32,000 nt of DNA, taken from Hyperthermus butylicus DSM 5456 (GTDB lineage: Archaea; Thermoproteota; Thermoprotei_A; Sulfolobales; Pyrodictiaceae). Numbering within the stretch: the first letter of the stretch is position 1; each line of letters begins with the position of its first letter. The stretch is taken from contig NC_008818.1 in NCBI RefSeq assembly GCF_000015145.1, positions 1,200,001 to 1,232,000 on the forward strand, given 5' to 3'. This document shows positions 28,078 through 32,000 of this stretch, piece by piece. The notes beneath the pieces were generated by a model. That model made no database searches and was not told the origin of the DNA. It worked only from the letters and a program-made list of their open reading frames with translations. The translations under genes were made by a program, and so were the position numbers.

Positions 28078-29453
28078 TTAATTGGTGGTTTTGACACTGA
28101 CCGTTTTAGGTTCAATCACCTTGATAAGTTTGGCTTTCCTCCACAGCTCCTCGATGCTAGCTGCACCAGCGTATCCAAGGCCTGCGCGGATACCCTCAAC
28201 AAATCCGCGGATAACTCTTGATAGGGGACCACGATATGGTACTAAACCTTCGACGCCTTCTTCTAGCTTCTTTACGAGCCTCGCATATCTGTCCATGGCA
28301 AACCTCTTCTCCATTGCTCCTCGGCTAGTCATCCCCCTATAGGGCTTGTAGAGCTTCTCGCCTATTCTTATCAGCGGTGCAGCCGCTTCATCTGTTCCTG
28401 CAACAGCGTAGCCTAGCATTACAGAGCTAGCTCCAACTGCAAGAGCTTTTACAGCATCGCCAGGCGTCCTTATGCCGCCATCAGCTATCACTGGAGCATC
28501 TAGCTCCAGCTCTTCAACTGCATCCCTGGCAGATGCTGTAGCCCATAGCGTTGGCGAGTATGCCCCCTGTCATCTGTGGCGTCGTACATATTGATTCTCC
28601 GCCTACACCAGCTCTAACGCCGTCAATCCTCTCGACTATTGATGCTGCATCCATGACTGCTTGGTAGTTACCAACATTTCCTATCACTATGTCAGCAGTA
28701 GTCTCCTTAGCGATCCTTGCAGCGGCTCTCATCGCGTTAACATTGTGGAAGTGTGCTACGTCCATCACTAGTGCATCAACGTAGCGGTCTAGCATCTTTG
28801 CACGCTCTAGGTCGAAGGGTGATATTGCAGCGGCCACGATAAGCCTTCCATCTTAGTTGGTTGCAGGGTCATATTCTTCGAGAGCTTCACGCAGCGTTAT
28901 CGAGCCAACGTAGTGTCCATCCCTATCAGTAACAGCTACTACGTCAACTTTGCCTTGCCTGACAATGCTAACTCCCTCCCGGATAGCCTCGAGGTGGACA
29001 CTTGGCCCACTAATTGCCATTGAGTCTACGGGTTCGCCTCCGCTTCTACAATTCTCAGAGACAATGTGATAGTAGGCGTAGCCAGCTAGCCTTGCCAGCG
29101 GCATCTATGATCGGTAGCTGCCTAACCCCCTCTTTCCGCATAACCTCGAGTATGCGGGTACAAGGCTCGCCTTGGCTAGCGTAGAGCGGTCTGAGGGGTA
29201 GCGCGGCGGGATACTCCTTGACAGCTCTAACATCCTCGACTTGTCTGGCTATGGGTAGGTTGCGGTGCACAACACCTATGCCGCCGTGAAGCGCCATGTC
29301 TATAGCCATTTCTCTTTCAGTCACGATATCCATGGGCGATGATGCTAGAGGGATTTTCAGTCGGACATTCCTGCTAAACCTCGTGTCAGTCTTCACTTGG
29401 TGGGGCTCAACCTCCGCTCTCCCAGGCTCAAGGTATAGCATCTCCAAATACAA
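28078..29453 (-). pseudogene. guaB: IMP dehydrogenase (guaB), interrupted by frameshifts and an in-frame stop
   Basis: Collinear fragments: LYLEPGRAEVEPHQVKTDTRFSRNVRLKIPLASSPMDIVTEREMAIDMALHGGIGVVHRN; CBS-region VDSMAISGP..VDVVAVTDRDGHYVGSITLREALEEY; VMDVAHFHN...ADIVIGNVGN...GVGGESICTT; VIADGGIRTPGDAVKALAVGASSVMLGY. Breaks at ~29090, 28853-28855 (TAA) and 28563-28567, plus one near 29439. Confidence 0.9.
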
Positions 29454-29588
29454 GCACTACCTGGGCGTCAAGAATTTTTGAGCGGAAATCAGCCAACATG
29501 TATCCACCTAAAGAGCCTCATGCAGCCCCATATCCGGGATGTAGCGTTTATTCGAGTTGTGGTTTTGCAGAGTCCCGCGGAGTACACG

Positions 29589-31160
29589 ATGAGGAGCACG
29601 GAGGGCTGGAGGCCCTACCGGGAGCATGATACAGTCCTCGTTATTGGGTTTGGAGGACAGTACGTGCATCTCATAGCTAGGAGGGTTAGGGAGCTAAATG
29701 TTTACAGTGAACTCATACCGTTTAACAGGCTTGAGAGACATGTTGTTGAGGAGGTGAAGCCTTGCGCCATAATACTGTCAGGTGGGCCCTCAAGCGTCTA
29801 CATTGATAACGCGCCGAGGCTGCCGGGCTGGCTTCTAGACTATAGCGTGTCGCTACTCGGCATATGCTATGGTCATCAGCTCCTATCCATAATGCTTGGT
29901 GGTTGTGTTGAGTGAGGGCAAGGCGAATATGGCAGGACTATAGTGAGGCTTGTTGGTAGCGACCCATTGTTTGGTGGGTGGAGCCAGAGCGAGGAGGTGT
30001 GGATGAGCCATAGCGACTATGTATCTCAAGTGCCGCCGGGTGCTAGGGTCCTAGCGGTCTCGGAGGATACCGGCTACATAGCAGCCTTTAGACTCGATAG
30101 GGATGGAAGGCCGATCTATGGCGTCCAGTTCCACCCCGAGGTTGCTCACACGCCTAAGGGCCGGCTACTCATAGAGAACTTTGTACTCCACATAGCCAGG
30201 TGTAGGCCCACCTGGAAGCCAGAAAATTATGCTGAGAAAATGGTTGAAGAGATACGAACGATGGTTGGAACCAGAGACAAGGTACTGGTTGCTGTTAGTG
30301 GTGGTGTAGACTCTACAACCACCGCGCTACTTGTCAAGAAAGCGGTTGGCGACCGCCTGGTAGCAGTATTTGTTGACCACGGACTTTTCCGTGAGGGCGA
30401 GGTTGAAGAAGTACTATTGACACTGCAGAGCCTGGGCATAAAGCCTATCGTGGTGCGTGCTGCTGACAAGTTCCTCTCAAGACTACGTGGCGTAGTAGAT
30501 CCCAAGGAGAAGAGGAGGATTATCGGGGAAGAATTTGCCCGAATATTCGCCGAGATAGCTCGGGGAGACCCTGCAATAAAGTGGTTAGCCCAGGGTACAA
30601 CCTATCCAGACGTAGTGGAGAGCAGTGCCGAGCCTGGGACTGATAGGATTAAGAGTCACCACAATGTTGCAGGGCTTCCAGCATGGCTGGACCTACACTT
30701 GATGGAGCCGCTAAGATATCTCTACAAGGATGAGGTGAGAAGGCTAGCTCTCAGCCTAGGCGTACCCCGCGAGGTAGCCTATCGACACCCGTTTCCAGGC
30801 CCAGGGCTAGCTGTGAGGATTATTGGTGAGGTTACCGAGGAAAAGCTTCGGATAGCTAGGCGTGCAAGCAGAATAGTTGAGGAGGAGCTGCTGAAAGCAG
30901 GACTATACTATAGTGTCTGGCAGGCATTCGCCGTGGTCGGGGACGATAAGTAGGTGGGGAAAGGAGACCGTAGGGTCTATGGCTACATAGTCCAAGTCCG
31001 GATAGTCAAGAGCGAGGATGCCATGACTGCTGACTGGGCCCGAATATCATACGAGGTCCTAGATAGGATTGCTAGAAGGATTACGGGCGAAATATCCGAG
31101 GTAACAATGGTTGCGTATGCGGTGACAACCAAGCCGCCAGCAACCATCGAGCCACAGTAG
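29589..31160 (+). pseudogene. guaA: GMP synthase (guaA), interrupted by in-frame TGA (29913-29915) and TAG (30951-30953)
   Basis: VLVIGFGGQYVHLIARRVRE, LSGGPSSVY, LLGICYGHQLL, VQFHPEVAHTP, VLVAVSGGVDSTTTALLVKKAVGDRLVAVFVDHGLFREGE, YPDVVESSAEPGTDRIKSHHNVAGLP and [19 protein letters not shown]...[11 protein letters not shown], all in one frame apart from the two stops. The ORF track starts at 29478. Confidence 0.9.
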
Positions 31161-31205
31161 CGCCAGAGGCTGCATACTCACTCCAGTATCGTTCTCTGCT
31201 GTGCA

Positions 31206-32000
31206 TTACATTATCCTGAAGTGTAGCACGCCAACAAGCCCCTTGAACGTCTTGCGTATCCACTCCGCCTCAGGTAGGTCTCCGCTCAAGAAGTAAACCT
31301 TGGTGCCATACTTCTTAGCCTCCTCCGCCAGTGTATCTGCATCAGGCCTCTCCTCGTCGACTATAATGTATTTCAGAGCACCCATTTCGAGGGCTGTTTT
31401 TACCATCTTGTCGCCATATACTGCTAGCCCGTCATCCTTTGCTAGGTGGAGCTTAAACTCCTCAACAGCCTTAGCGAGTTCTGCGTACTTGTTCTGCTCA
31501 ATTATGTCGGCAGCCTTTATGACTAGCTCTCTCAGCCCAGCCTCGCCCTGATAGGCTACATCGACGGTCTTGCTTGCTATCTTTTGGCGTACACGGTAGT
31601 CCAGGAAGTCCCTTGCTTCCTCGAGGAAGTCTTGCTTGGCGTAGCCGGGGCCACCGAGTATTATCGCTCTGAGGACACCCTTCTCTATGAGTGGCAGGAA
31701 GTGTTTGTTCATTGCTTCGGCTACCTCGCGGTAGAAGCCCTTTACGAATTGCTCGATCTGCCTATCGAAACGCCTCTGGCTCTGACCGCCCTTATGGTGC
31801 TTGCCTGGCACGTAGCCCTCAAGTTCCTCTAGAACTTGTATACGTGTACCCTTAAGCAGGCCTATAGTGGCCTGGTCGCGCTCGATTATTACGAGGCCGT
31901 AGGTCTCCTCTTGTTCTATCATTTCCTCGAGGAATTCTGTATGGAACCACTTGTCGGTACGGTAGAAGAAGACTGGCACCGGTTCTGGCGGCGAGAAGAC
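31206..32000 (-). CDS. prf1: Peptide chain release factor aRF1, C-terminal part (truncated by right window edge)
   Basis: GGQ loop in GKHHKGGQSQRRFDRQIEQ, ILGGPGYAKQDFLE and LAVYGDKMVKTALEMGALKYIIVDEE. Frame stays open to the edge (VFSPPEPMPVFFYRTDKWFHTEF). Confidence 0.93.
   Translation of the reverse strand, partial: VFSPPEPVPVFFYRTDKWFHTEFLEEMIEQEETYGLVIIERDQATIGLLKGTRIQVLEELEGYVPGKHHKGGQSQRRFDRQIEQFVKGFYREVAEAMNKHFLPLIEKGVLRAIILGGPGYAKQDFLEEARDFLDYRVRQKIASKTVDVAYQGEAGLRELVIKAADIIEQNKYAELAKAVEEFKLHLAKDDGLAVYGDKMVKTALEMGALKYIIVDEERPDADTLAEEAKKYGTKVYFLSGDLPEAEWIRKTFKGLVGVLHFRIM

Noticed and set aside
29913-30953. Selenocysteine or pyrrolysine at the guaA stops
   Set aside because: Stops of different kinds (TGA, TAG, and TAA in guaB) occur at positions where neither residue is expected, and no SECIS or pyl context is visible. 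A general cause (error, decay or readthrough) fits better.
1-32000. CRISPR arrays, insertion sequences, tRNA or rRNA genes
   Set aside because: No regularly spaced direct repeats, no transposase-like protein or inverted-repeat pair, and no complete tRNA cloverleaf were recognised by eye. A tRNAscan/Infernal run was not possible.
1-32000. A multi-gene defence or other novel system island
   Set aside because: The window is mainly housekeeping repair, metabolism and envelope genes. Unknown ORFs are small and scattered, without nuclease, toxin or phage-type signatures.

Overview
The window is a gene-dense chromosomal segment from a hyperthermophilic crenarchaeon. Pyrodictiaceae/Desulfurococcales-like (Hyperthermus/Pyrolobus) is my inference from protein style, not a search. 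It opens with a partial herA, then mre11 and rad50 (zinc-hook CPLC). It also carries glnA, a JAMM-motif protein, apgM, an HD phosphohydrolase, a VIT/CCC1-like membrane protein, moaA, a heme/prenyl transferase (ctaB-like), argF, the oligosaccharyltransferase aglB/STT3, an ESCRT-III/CdvB-like small protein, a DUF4443-like HTH protein, divergent NMN adenylyltransferase and NAD kinase genes, an M50 protease, alaX, a BioD-like ATPase, a WhiP-like winged-helix protein, nreA with a C-terminal PIP-box-like motif, guaB, guaA and a partial aRF1. No CRISPR array, transposon, rRNA or clear tRNA was seen. The most unusual feature is the divergent guaB/guaA pair for GMP synthesis. guaB needs three +1 shifts, each resolvable by omitting one G on the coding strand, and has one in-frame TAA. 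guaA has an in-frame TGA and an in-frame TAG. The flanking protein sequence remains recognisably conserved. Similar single breaks occur at the ends of the BioD-like ATPase, WhiP-like, moaA and aglB genes. Recent pseudogenes, sequence errors and recoding are all possible, and the sequence alone cannot separate them.
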